From the NCBI RefSeq assembly GCF_001194135.2, contig NC_068981.1:139185713-139229050 (forward strand): a DNA stretch of 43,338 nucleotides, given 5' to 3'. Position 1 is the first letter of the stretch; every line of letters begins with the position of its first letter. This document shows, one piece after another, positions 25,213-35,910 of this stretch. Under the pieces are notes generated by a model. It did not search any database. It was not told the origin of the DNA and was given only the letters and a program-made list of their open reading frames with translations. Source of the stretch: Octopus bimaculoides. Taxonomy: Eukaryota. Made by a program: the position numbers and the translations under genes.

Positions 25213-26744
25213 ATAGATAATAGATATATTTGTGTGGGTATGTGTGTAAATATGTGTCTATGTTGTGAAAAATATTCGCAGCACCATTTTCACTCTAGCT
25301 TCCGTTAATACCTGTTTAGCTGAAATGATAATTATTTCACTCCAGCCGATAGGATGGCTTTATAAACCTACATTTGAAACTTATAACCTTTAATATGTAT
25401 TATATTGTCATACTGCAGTCTGAATATTTTATGCGTATTTATCTAATAGAATATACTACAGTGACATTATTTTACAATTATCATCTGACTACCTGTAAAG
25501 CAGTTGTTTCCTAAATAATTTCATTGCCTAGGAATAGAACTTATAGCAATATTGTTTTAAACAGACATGTTGAAACGTTCCGTGTATTTCTATTCTGTCT
25601 AGAGTTTGGTTAGTTGTAATTGAGTCAGCTTGGAAAAATTATTGTTTGGAAGTATTTCGATAATATATTATCTATGAATGCATATAAATTAACCCCTTAC
25701 TTTCATAATCACAGACTTCGTCATCTGTGTTTCAGTGTTGATATTATATATTTTTTGCTCACCATCCTCTTCATAATTTTCTGGAGTTGTTCAGTGTTAT
25801 TTAGCTTGCATTTCCACAAGACATAGTAGTATAATTTATATGTGGCTGCAGAAGGAGAAATACGCGGATATTAGTTCACAAGAAAGAAAGTTTTCCATAT
25901 CTTTATTGCAAAGAATGTTTGAAATTAAGATACTGAAACCACGTAATTTTATTATCTGTTTGTACATCTAGTAAAGGAAGAGATATTATATCACCTTCAC
26001 TTATTCTTTCTATCTGGATATTAATTCTATTCAGTGTGTGAACAGTGGTATCAATAATACCTGTACTTGAGCTTAGCAAGCAATATTTGATTTGTTTTAG
26101 TGCTTTTTAGTGCTTAAAGCTAATTTGTTTCAATGAAGTCAATCTGATATATTGATTTGTTCATTGTTCAGTTTTTGTTTCGTAGGTAAATAAATAACAA
26201 ATATTGCTTTTTATTTGAAGAGGGAATATCGTTGATTGGATGCAAGGGGCGTGCGTTGGTAGTAATTTCTAATGAAGTAAGTTTGCAAATCAAGTTCGAT
26301 TGTTGGTTGAGACACTTCTTTCCGTTCTCTTTTTACGCATACCATTTCTGACACTATCAGCCAGATCTCCTCTCAATTGTGTGTCGGACCTGCCTTCTAC
26401 GCATGCAATCAACGCAATACCTTTGTTAATGACATAATGGTCGTATTTCTTTTCCGCCTGGTTGAATCCTATTAACAATAGATAGATAAAAAAAAATTAT
26501 TTGCGAGCTAAATCTCTGACCCGGTTTCTAAAACGATTGCAACCAATCCAATTCACAAAAGTTATGAAATCATGAGAAATAGTTCAGATTAAAGCACAAA
26601 CATGAGCATGTCTTTCCTTGAAATCTATAGGATGGTATAATCGTTTGTTTAAAATATCTAAGTCAGAAAATATAGATATTTGATGCTTGGATCTATTTCC
26701 CCAGAACGTGAGAAAAATAATCAATTATTTATATAATCGACGCG

Positions 26745-27110
26745 ATTATATTACTTATTTACTTACTCCCTTTACTTCCTCGAGAGCATAGACCATTGAC
26801 ATTTCTCCACTGTTTTCCGCTCTGAAGTGTCTCTAAGGGAAAGCTTACCTCTCTCAGGTCTTCAAGATTTGTGATTGTCATCGATGATTCTGTAACTTGT
26901 ATAATAGGCGGGAGTGTTGGTTTTACGCAAATCTACCTTTACCTCTGGGAAGTGGTGGTCCATATTAGTCTGGTCTTCATCCTTTGAGCTGCTCAGCATG
27001 GGAAATCTTATAAGGAGGTTTCACTTCATTACCATAGCTCTCATGGTTACTGAGGCAAGCAAAGTGACCACAGCGTACCAAGGATTGGACCTTTTGGTAG
27101 ACACTGCCAT
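26745..27110 (-). mobile_element. RTE-clade LINE derivative (3' end joined to a 5'-region-like sequence)
   Basis: Minus strand ends …ggtctatgctctcgaggaagtaaagggagtaagtaaataagtaa, a typical RTE terminus with (GTAA)n tail. The rest resembles RTE 5' regions from memory only. Confidence 0.55.
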
Positions 27111-29404
27111 ATTACTGATAGAGAATTAATTCCAAAAGTGTTTTGAATCACTTGAAACAGCACTAAAATAAACCCAAGGTGTATTTCCCCATAGTTGTGG
27201 AAAGATTAATTAGGACTGGTGTAGGTACAGTTAAGAACGAGTGGGGTGCTATTCAGTGTTAAAATCCATGAGATGAGACTAATAAAAAAAAAATTATCCT
27301 AGTTTGTAGTCATTACATTTACATTTCTTAAAACCTCGCAAAACAAAAATGATAAACGCCATATATTTTTTTCAATTACCCCGGAGGCCTTCCGATTATA
27401 CGCAAAAATAATTTAAATTTCAATGCAAGATCAATTGAATAAGAACTCAACACCTTCAATATCCCGCAAAAATTTGTAAAATACAAGATTTTATTAAATT
27501 TCTCATATATATCAGCATCTATTTGAATTTTATCAAATTTAGCTGAGTTGTTCTCTGCTGGAAGTGTTTAGAAAATAAGTAAATGAAATCTTTTCAATCT
27601 TCCATACTTCACATAGTGGAATATTTCTTTCGGGTTTTCCTTACGGCTATTCCATTCGAAGTATTCGATTTCAGAAGAAAGACTGAGCAAAGTGGTTAGT
27701 TCAACGTTTCAGACACTCGATAGATGTGAGACAAGTGGGAACGATAGACGTGGAGGACATTGGGGTGTAGTGAGTCGGTTTAAAAAGAGGTGGCCTCAAG
27801 TAGGAAACTTTAGTATGTAATATATAGGTCATTAAGGAAGAGAGAGAGAGGAACAGAGAGGGAGAGAGAAAGGAGAGAAAGGTGGAAAGAGTACACAGCT
27901 AGATATATGTACATCTAGTCTTTTACTGGTTCTAGTGTTAAGCAGCAGCACCTACAACACGCATGCGCACACATACACACATTCGTTATTAGAGACGAAG
28001 TAGTATTAGTTCTGAATATCAATCTCTATATTTTAACGTAGATATACAGTAAGAAACGCACAATATTTGGTATTCGTCTCGAGAAAGCATCCCGTAGAGA
28101 ACATTTAGTGCTAAAAAGTACAGAATTATCAGTAGCAGACAAAAAGTGTCCGGCAGCGGTGCCTCTGCCGGCGATCCGCCAGCATTTTGAGCAAAACTCT
28201 AAACTTTTTAGCACACAATTCTCTTTGAGAAGTTTCTCTGAAACAAAATATTATAGCTAGAACTGTTCTACGTTTGAATACAAAATATTAAATGTTATAC
28301 ACACCGGTAATTTTCTTTTTCCGTTTCTAGTGCACATTTTAATTTAATTCTAGTCTAGCTAGCTTTCGCACGAAACAGTGAATACTTTGTTTACCGGTTT
28401 CTATATCAGAATAAGAATTTTCAGTTTCGCCGAAGATGTCCAGAGTATTTCTTCTTGCTGACACCAACTGAGATTGAAACACAATTCATTCTGAGCGAAC
28501 CCTATATTTTAACACGTCAGTCTATTTGTAAAGTTTCTCTGAGACAAATTATTTCACCTCGTACCGTTTCACTTTTGTATATGCTTATAATAATTAGTAT
28601 ATATATTATAAATGTTATACACATCGGTATTTTTTTTATCTAATGCTGTATATTAATATGTTTTCAAATTGTGTTGACATGATATTCATAGAAATTAATA
28701 TTTATTGTGTGTAACCTTCCTGGTTGTCAATCAGCCAAGGAAGCTTCACACTATGAAGTGCTGCTCGTTCTCCAAATTCACATAATTTAGGCATTCTGTT
28801 TTATTTTTGTAAAACATAAACCCGGTAATTGTCTTTCTATACTATTTGCACAATCTTGATGACTAATGTTGTTATTGTTATACTTGTTTTTCCTGTTGCT
28901 GCTTAGCTCCAGACGCAGTTCTGAGACCTATGATAAAAATATATTCCAATAGCAGTCATCCAATCTTCTTTTTAAACATAGTATCAAAGACGACAGAACT
29001 CCCTCTTCCATTTTTAAGATGGTAGAATATAATTTCATAGAGATTCGGTTCCCTTTCCTAGAAGTCTCCAGAGAGATTAATTTTGACGAAGCTGTGACAT
29101 GTGCAGAAGTCAATATTGGTGGTTGCATCAATTGAATATGTATAGAAGTTAAATACATCATTTGTGTGTCTGGGAATCGGTTTATTGGATTTAGCTACGC
29201 CCTTATAAATAGTGCGTGTATATTATCCGAGGCACCGTAGACACTTGGAGAGAGTACTTAGTCACTGATGAAATCCAAATACATATTTAAACTAATCCAT
29301 TTCATATAACTTTTCTCTACAAGAATATTCCAAATAGAAACAAGCTTCCTATTTCATACAGTGTTGACTAAAATCTACATATATATTCTATACTTCATTA
29401 TAAT

Positions 29405-29618
29405 ATTCTTTTCTACTCTAGGCAAAAAGCCCGAAATTTTTTGGGAGGAGACCAGTCAATTAGAGCAACCCTAGTTTACTGGTACTTAATTTATCGACCC
29501 CGAAAGGATGAAAAGCAAAGTCGACCTCGGCGGAATTTGAACTCAGAACGTAACGGCAGACGAAATACCGCTAGGCAATTCGCCTGGCATGCTAACGTTT
29601 CTGCCAGCTCGCCGCCTT
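29405..29618 (-). mobile_element. SINE family B, full head, tail type 1
   Basis: Minus strand: ggcggcgagctggcagaaacgttagc…gagttcaaattccgccgaggtcgactttgc…tcatcctttcggggtcgataaattaagtaccag. Confidence 0.85.
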
Positions 29619-29666
29619 CAGAAAGTGTTATATATCGAAATGGATGTATGCAATTGGTGTATGTAA

Positions 29667-29815
29667 ACTTTTGTACTTTAGGCACAAGATCCGAAATTTT
29701 TGGGGAGGGGGGGGGCAATCGATTAGATCAACCCCAGTACGCAACTGGTACTTAATTTATCGACCCCCGAGAGGATGAAAGGCAAAGTCAATCTCGGCGG
29801 AATTTGAACTCAGAA
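29667..29815 (-). mobile_element. SINE family B, 5'-truncated, flanked by about 30-bp direct repeats
   Basis: Same core as 29405-29618. gaaat(g/t)gat(g/a)tatgcaattggtgtatgtaa occurs at 29637-29666 and 29813-29842. Confidence 0.8.
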
Positions 29816-29934
29816 ATTGATATATGCAATTGGTGTATGTAATGTGCGAGTTAGCTGGTTGATTCCTTTTTATGAAAGCACTTACGAACAAAACTGAGTG
29901 CGCCAATTGTTATTAGCATAAATATGAATTTGCA

Positions 29935-30720
29935 TTGCAGGTAGTTGCACAGGTTGTTCATATTTTCTGTAAGTCGTGTTTTCCAACTCGGTTCCTTTCG
30001 ATCAGTAATTTTATTATCACGTGTTCCGCAAGGTAATATCTGTAAGAGTAATAACTGCTGTGTAGAGGAAGGTATTAATTATCCAGTACATTACATGATT
30101 TTATATGCTCTCCAGCAACCTCATCGATAACTTTCAACAAAAGAGCAGATGACTGTTTCTTTAATCTTGTTAAGAATGACCTGTTCCCTAATGACTGCTT
30201 AGAAAAACCCGGAAAAGACTTTTACGAACTGTGATTTTGAAATGTTCTTAAGTTGAATATACTCTACAGTCATGTCTGTCGAATCAGTCGCATGAGGAGA
30301 TACATGAGAGTTTAGTGATGACAGTAGTGGTTTGTTTACATTATTTTCGATATCTCTCATGGCTGATTTTGGCCAGTTTTCAGTGTCTTTAGAAGATCGA
30401 TTTGCATTCCTAACTTGGAATAACAATTGTTATGTGATAACCATGCTTCTACAAAGAAAGATTCTTATTGCTGATGCTGTTTTTCTGTAAAATAACTAAA
30501 GTTTGGATGAATACCATCTAAACAAATTTTAAACTGCTTCATATAGCTGATAGCAGGGTAATCTAGGATTTTTTTCATATCATCGAAGCCGATCTTGATC
30601 TAAATGTAAAGACCAACGGAAATGGTAAGAATACTAACGTCGTCTTAAGTAATTCAGATGTATCGTAATACAGCTTGCGTTGGTATCGGAGTGATGTTGT
30701 TTCAATATCAGCGATGATCT
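29935..30720 (-). mobile_element. Decayed N-terminal region of the same RLE-type retrotransposon family as 12850-14200
   Basis: Minus-strand peptides GYMKQFKICLDGIHPNFSYFTEK, VIDEVAGEHIK and DNKITDRKEPSWKTRLTENMNNL align to the 13 kb copy. Confidence 0.55.
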
Positions 30721-30980
30721 TACAAGTGAAATTCTACGTAGTTAAAGGTATATTTTGTAATCTGGTCTAAATTATGTTACATTGGTAACTAAAAAAATGT
30801 TTCTCTTATTTATAACAGGAGGGCAAACGAAAACAAAAAAAAAGAAAGAAAGGAACAAAAAAGCAAAAAACAAAACAGCAACTGACTCAGACTGAAGGAG
30901 TCAGCATATTTGTAGATAAACGTTCAAAAAGGCATTTTGAAACGATCCTCCACGCCCGCAAGTCTGCTATTGACGGCGCC

Positions 30981-31417
30981 ATGTTACTGTAAGTATGAAA
31001 GCATAAACCAGGATAATTAATATATTTAATTAGACTTTCATTCTGTTTTCCTTTCCAACAACAGGTTTCTTTTGTTGCAGGTAATATATTTATTTTAAAT
31101 TTATTTTTTGATCAATGTATATATATATTCACATGCATGCATGCATGTATGTATATTCACACACACACATATACAAACACACCTACACGCACACATATAT
31201 TTTATAGTACAGTATAGCTGAAGCAGCAACAGATCTTCGCTTAATTGTAGACGTATAGTATATCATACGGAATGCCATTAAGACTGATTAATTTAATGCT
31301 TAGTTGATTAATATGATTCCATCACATATAAGCATTAATGTATAAACCAGATAATTAATATATTTAATTAAAGTTTCATCCTATTTTTCTTTCCAACAAC
31401 AGGTTTCTTTTGTGAAG
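30981..31417 (+). CDS. Putative gene start: exons 30981-30988, 31065-31080 and 31403-31417 giving MLLFLLLQVSFVK (signal-peptide-like; downstream exons unidentified)
   Basis: GCGCC-ATG-TTA-CT|GTAAGT donor; 76-nt intron ending in a pyrimidine tract plus CAG; two microexons each with CAG acceptor and AG|GTAAT donor. No transcript evidence. Confidence 0.3.
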
Positions 31418-31563
31418 GTAATAGTTTTACTTTCAATTTATTTTTTTAAAAATTATAATTTATTCAGTCGTAGTAGTGATCTGCTCAATTTAAGCAGGAA
31501 GTTTAAGATCGTTTTTTTTAAAAAAGTTAACAGTAAATAATGACATAATGTGCAGAAAGAAAT

Positions 31564-31664
<101 letters not shown>

Positions 31665-31702
31665 AGTCTATTGTCGGTTGAAGATAAGATAGTGAAATTA
31701 CT

Positions 31703-31743
31703 CTGCTGATGATACCCACTAAGACAGAAACACGTGTAAGCAG
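31703..31743 (+). ncRNA. Minimal type I hammerhead-like motif, apparently with a 2-nt deletion
   Basis: CUG-CUGAUGA-UACCCACUAAGACA-GAAACACGUGUA-AGCAG. Stem III is the palindrome ACACGUGU. CUGCU/AGCAG stem I overlaps the core. Confidence 0.6.
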
Positions 31744-31861
31744 TTGTCTTTTATTTAATGGAATATCAATTTTGGAGAATTTTTTTAATTCTGGAGATTA
31801 TGTTCCCTTCTCGTTTGGATTAATGCCAATTGCCAGCAAACGATTAGTATAATCTCTCTTG

Positions 31862-32030
31862 AAGCGGAGATGCGGTTAAGAAGCTCGCTTTGGTACTACA
31901 AGATTTTAGTCGGGTTCGGGTTCAGTTCCTCTGCGTGCCACCTTGGCCAAGTCTTCACTGATATAGCCACGGGCCGATCAAGAGCTTCTGAGTGAATCTT
32001 GTAGACATAAACTGTGCGGATATACGTATA
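31862..32030 (+). mobile_element. SINE family C, 5' half (tRNA-like head)
   Basis: gggttcagttcctctgcgtgccaccttggccaagtc…tatagccacgggccga, similar to 40442-40568; ends in (TA)n. Confidence 0.65.
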
Positions 32031-32367
32031 TATATATATGTCATTGAGAGCTCGAAGTGAGTAGATAGACAGCCGACAACTGATGAAGGGGTCTTTTTCT
32101 GTGTTAACTTGTCCTGTTTTCCATTTTTCTCGTTGTTTACGTATTTCAAGTTATTTGAACCGTTGGTGATGTCCTGTACCCATATATGCATATATATATA
32201 TATATATNNNNNNNNNNNNNNNNNNNNNNNNNNNNNNNNNNNNNNNNNNNNNNNNNNNNNNNTATAGTTGAAATTTACAGGAAAACAAAAGACGAAGACA
32301 CATGCATAAACAACAAGCTAGTGTATTAGTTTGACGCTCAGGAAAGTGAGAAAGTCTTTTACGTTTC

Positions 32368-32578
32368 TTATCTTTTTATTGCCCACAAAGTGCTAAATAC
32401 AGAGGGGACAAACAAGGACAGACAAAGGGATTAAGTCGATCACATCGTTCCCAGTATGCAACTGGTACTTAATTTATCGACCCCGAAAGGATGAAAGACA
32501 AAGTCGATCTCGGCGGAATTTGAACTCAGAACGTAACGGCAGATGAAATACCGCTAAGCATTTCGCCCGGCGTGCTAC
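32368..32578 (-). mobile_element. SINE family B, tail type 2, slightly 5'-truncated
   Basis: Core matches 29405-29618, but the tail is ccctttgtctgtccttgtttgtcccctc…gtgggcaataaa. Confidence 0.85.
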
Positions 32579-32637
32579 CGATAGGTGAAGGAACAACAAG
32601 TAGTAGTATTAGTTTAACGCTCGGGAAGAGTGGAAAA

Positions 32638-32675
32638 GTCTTCGACGTTTCGAGCCTATGCTCTTCGTCAACAAT
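32638..32675 (-). ncRNA. Minimal type I hammerhead-like motif (C3 changed to U, weak stem I)
   Basis: Minus strand: UUGACGA-A-GAGC-AUAG-GCUC-GAAACGUC-GAAG. Stem II is perfect and stem III is the palindrome ACGU. Confidence 0.65.
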
Positions 32676-32977
32676 GATTGAGAGGATAAAAAATGGAGGG
32701 AGAACGAAACCAAAAACCAAAAAGAAAACCGAAAGAGGAAAAAATGTGTAGGGATTATAATGTTAATGTTTGCTTTTATTTTCAATTATAATAAAAACAA
32801 TTTAAAATTAATCTGATGGGTTACTGTATACTTTTGTAGAGCAAGAATTCATTGTTCTTAAGCAAGAATGTTGTTTACAGTGACTTCGAAGTCACTGAAT
32901 AAGAATGATATAATATATATATATATAATGTGAGTGTGTGTATGAATGTATGTGTACATGTATGTTTGTGTGTTCAT

Positions 32978-33130
32978 GTCTGTGTTTATCCACCAACCGC
33001 TTAACAACCGGTGTTGGTTTGTTTAATAAGTTCTGTGGTTGATTTGTTCGAATAAACTTTTCAAGGCGGTGCTCCAGCATGGCTGCAGTCCAATGAGGCA
33101 AACAAGTAATTGTTAAACGATAAAAGATAA
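32978..33130 (+). mobile_element. SINE family C, 3' half
   Basis: …aaggcggtgctccagcatggctgcagtccaatgaggcaaacaag…. Confidence 0.7.
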
Positions 33131-33227
33131 TTTATTTGTACATTTTCTAATAAACCCTTATACATCTTGGTTGTTCAAATAAACGCGATTATCCATTCTC
33201 TTAATTCATTTTCCTTACACACGCACG

Positions 33228-33292
<65 letters not shown>

Positions 33293-33906
33293 TTGGAAGA
33301 AGCGCACGGTTCGGAGGCTTGGAGCGATAAATCGTTAAATTTAGTGCTACAGAGANNNNNNNNNNNNNNNNNNNNNNNNNNNNNNNNNNNNNNNNNNNNN
33401 NNNNNNNNNNNNNNNNNNNNNNNNNNNNNNNNNNNNNNNNNNNNNNNNNNNNNNNNNNNNNNNNNNNNNNNNNNNNNNNNNNNNNNNNNNNNNNNNNNNN
33501 NNNNNNNNNNNNNNNNNNNNNNNNNNNNNNNNNNNNNNNNNNNNNNNNNNNNNNNNNNNNNNNNNNNNNNNNNNNNNNNNNNNNNNNNNNNNNNNNNNNN
33601 NNNNNNNNNNNNNNNNNNNNNNNNNNNNNNNNNNNNNNNNNNNNNNNNNNNNNNNNNNNNNNNNNNNNNNNNNNNNNNNNNNNNNNNNNNNNNNNNNNNN
33701 NNNNNNNNNNNNNNNNNNNNNNNNNNNNNNNNNNNNNNNNNNNNNNNNNNNNNNNNNNNNNNNNNNNNNNNNNNNNNNNNNNNNNNNNNNNNNNNNNNNN
33801 NAACACTGAAAGAAAACTTCAACAACCTTATAAGTAGATTAAATATGAAATGAATACTGAATATTCAGCAACTGAATCGTGGTTGAGTTATTGCTGTGTT
33901 AAAATA

Positions 33907-34511
33907 CAGTGCTGAATCAAAAGATTTGTAATATTTTGGTCACTTATTTGTTTTATTCATCAAGTTACGACAGAAGCAGCCTCGTATTCAAAGTAGAGGC
34001 AATCATGTTGCACCGTCTGAAGTCATCTTTCTGCTCGTTCTTTGATTCCACATTGATACAAGTTGTTGTTTTTCGAGCGAGGAATTCCTTCACTGAAGCT
34101 TCCACCTCCTGTTGGTCGATGGAGCGTCCCGAGCACACGAAGTGAGCCATGGATCGGAACAAGTAATAGTCCGAAAGAGATATTTTCCCGCGTTCCTAAT
34201 ATGCATAAGCAGTGGTTAAGCAAGGACGGGTTTCCGAAACCGCTCTGCGTCTGATGGAACTCGAGGAGATAATTCACAACGAGTTCGTTTCGGATGGTTG
34301 AACCATCGATGCCAACGTGTACTCCGAACAACTGGAGCGGATGTATGCTATTGTGCGGCAGAAATACCCAGCTGTGGTTAACAGAAAGGGAGCTCTTCTA
34401 CAGCAAGACAACGTATGGCTTTATTCCGCGCGAATGATACGCAATAATCTCCAGGAACTTGAAAGAATCGAACTGATGCCACATCTAGCATATAATGTGG
34501 ACCTATCTCCT
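33907..34511. mobile_element. mariner fragment with an inverted catalytic-core segment
   Basis: Minus strand 34174-33965 encodes SDYYLFRSMAHF…EVEASVKEFLARK (C-terminus). Plus strand 34174-34511 encodes K(W)IF…KQWLSK…WNSR…VYSEQLERM…LLQQDN…AYNVDLSP. The left boundary is approximate. Confidence 0.8.
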
Positions 34512-34945
34512 CCTCTGTTATAGTGTTAGATTTTTAGGTACCTGGTGTGTACAGCTATGTCTAATGTACAGCTGACTAAGTGTCATGTTATTTACATATG
34601 AAGTTCGTACTTTATTTATCGACACTGAAAGTATTATACGCAAAACTAACTTCAGTAGGATTTGAACTCCGAACGCTGAAAGCCGTAACTAATACTTCAA
34701 GTTATTTTATTCGTTGCCCTAAAAACTGCCAATTTTCTGCTTTAAAATATTGTGTAAAGTGGGATTCGAACTGACGTCAACATCTGTAGACCAGAATACT
34801 CATTGTTCTGATTAAGAAGTTGAACGTTGAGTTTGGCGCCTTACACTGTTTGGCTTCTCTGAGGGCTTTGCTAAAAGATGCGATACGTTGGATATTAGAA
34901 AGCTTGAATAAAGAAGATATGGCCATGGCAGTATCGTCTGAATTT

Positions 34946-35308
34946 GTCGTTGTTGGCACTCCGTCGCTTACGACGTCGAGGGTTCCAGTTGATCCGATCA
35001 ACAGAACAGCCTGCTCGTGAAATTAACGTGAAAGTGGCTGAGCACTCCACAGACACGTGTACCCTTAACGTAGTTCTCGGGGATATTCAGCGTGACACAG
35101 TGTGACAAGGCTGACCCTTTGAATTACAGGCACAACAGAAACAGGAAGTAAGAGTGAAAGAACGTTGTGGTGGAAGAGTACAGCAGGGTTCGCCACCATC
35201 CCCTGCCGGAGCCTCAATAAACACTCATAACGCCCGGTCTGGGAATCGAAACCGCGATCCTATGACCGCGAGTCCGCTGCCCTAACCGCTGGGCTATTGC
35301 GCCCCCAC
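34946..35308 (-). mobile_element. SINE family A with 10-bp target-site duplication
   Basis: GTCTGAATTT at 34936-34945 and 35310-35319; small internal deletion relative to the other copies. Confidence 0.9.
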
Positions 35309-35403
35309 TGTCTGAATTTAGGTCTGCTGTAAAAGGATTGATCTCAGCCCAAACAGCAACAACACAAACAATAACAACTGATTAATATTTTATCAAGCCT
35401 AAA

Positions 35404-35625
35404 ACAGCGAGCTGGCAGAGTCGTTACCGCACCGGGCAAAATGCTTAGCGGCATTTCGAGCGTTGTTACGTTCTGTGTTCAAGTTCCACCGAGGTCGACT
35501 TTGCGTTTCATCCTGTCGAGGTCGAAAAAAATAAGTACTATTTACGTACTGGGATCGATGTAATCGACTGCCACTTTCCTTCTCGTAATTGCTGGCGTTG
35601 TTCCAAAATTCGAAATCAATATTTT
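35404..35625 (+). mobile_element. SINE family B
   Basis: gcgagctggcagagtcgtta…gttcaagttccaccgaggtcgactttgcgtttcatcctgtcgaggtcga. Confidence 0.8.
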
Positions 35626-35782
35626 ATCAGGCCTGAAATAGATAAAAGTCAAAATCAAGACGAGCAAGAATTGAACTTCGAACACTGAAAAATGAAAGCA
35701 AATACAAGACAGCGTTTAAGCCGACATTTTTACCATTTCTTGAAACCAACCACCTCCACTACAACAACAAACACTAATGGTT

Positions 35783-35823
35783 ACTGATGACGACGACGAC
35801 GATGACGATGATGATCAGCAAAA

Positions 35824-35854
<31 letters not shown>

Positions 35855-35910
35855 ACGATTGCAATGATTTTGATGATGATGATAGTAGTGGTGGCGGTGA
35901 TGATGATGCT
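35783..35910. repeat. Degenerate (GAT/GAC)n trinucleotide tract
   Basis: Direct reading. Confidence 0.85.

Larger units (their letters stand above)
32263..32740 (-). mobile_element. Two tandem units of a Penelope-like (hammerhead-bearing) short repeat with a SINE B nested at 32368-32578
   Basis: Units 32263-32367 and 32579-32740 share tattagttt(g/a)acgctc(a/g)ggaa…aaagtctt(tt/cg)acgtttc. A family B SINE lies between them. Confidence 0.6.

Noticed and set aside
28900-29340. Stop-interrupted minus-strand frame containing DFCTCHSF (SWIM-like)
   Set aside because: The final CxH is missing, there are several stops, and I recognise no family.
30819-30980. Open frame EGKRKQKKRKK… upstream of the candidate ATG
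   Set aside because: Mostly A-rich low-complexity sequence, which stays open by composition; not supported as coding.
32040-32190. CTGATGAAGGGG in a repeat-like segment between TA tracts
   Set aside because: No downstream stem II/GAAA or pairing stem I could be found, so it is not called a hammerhead.
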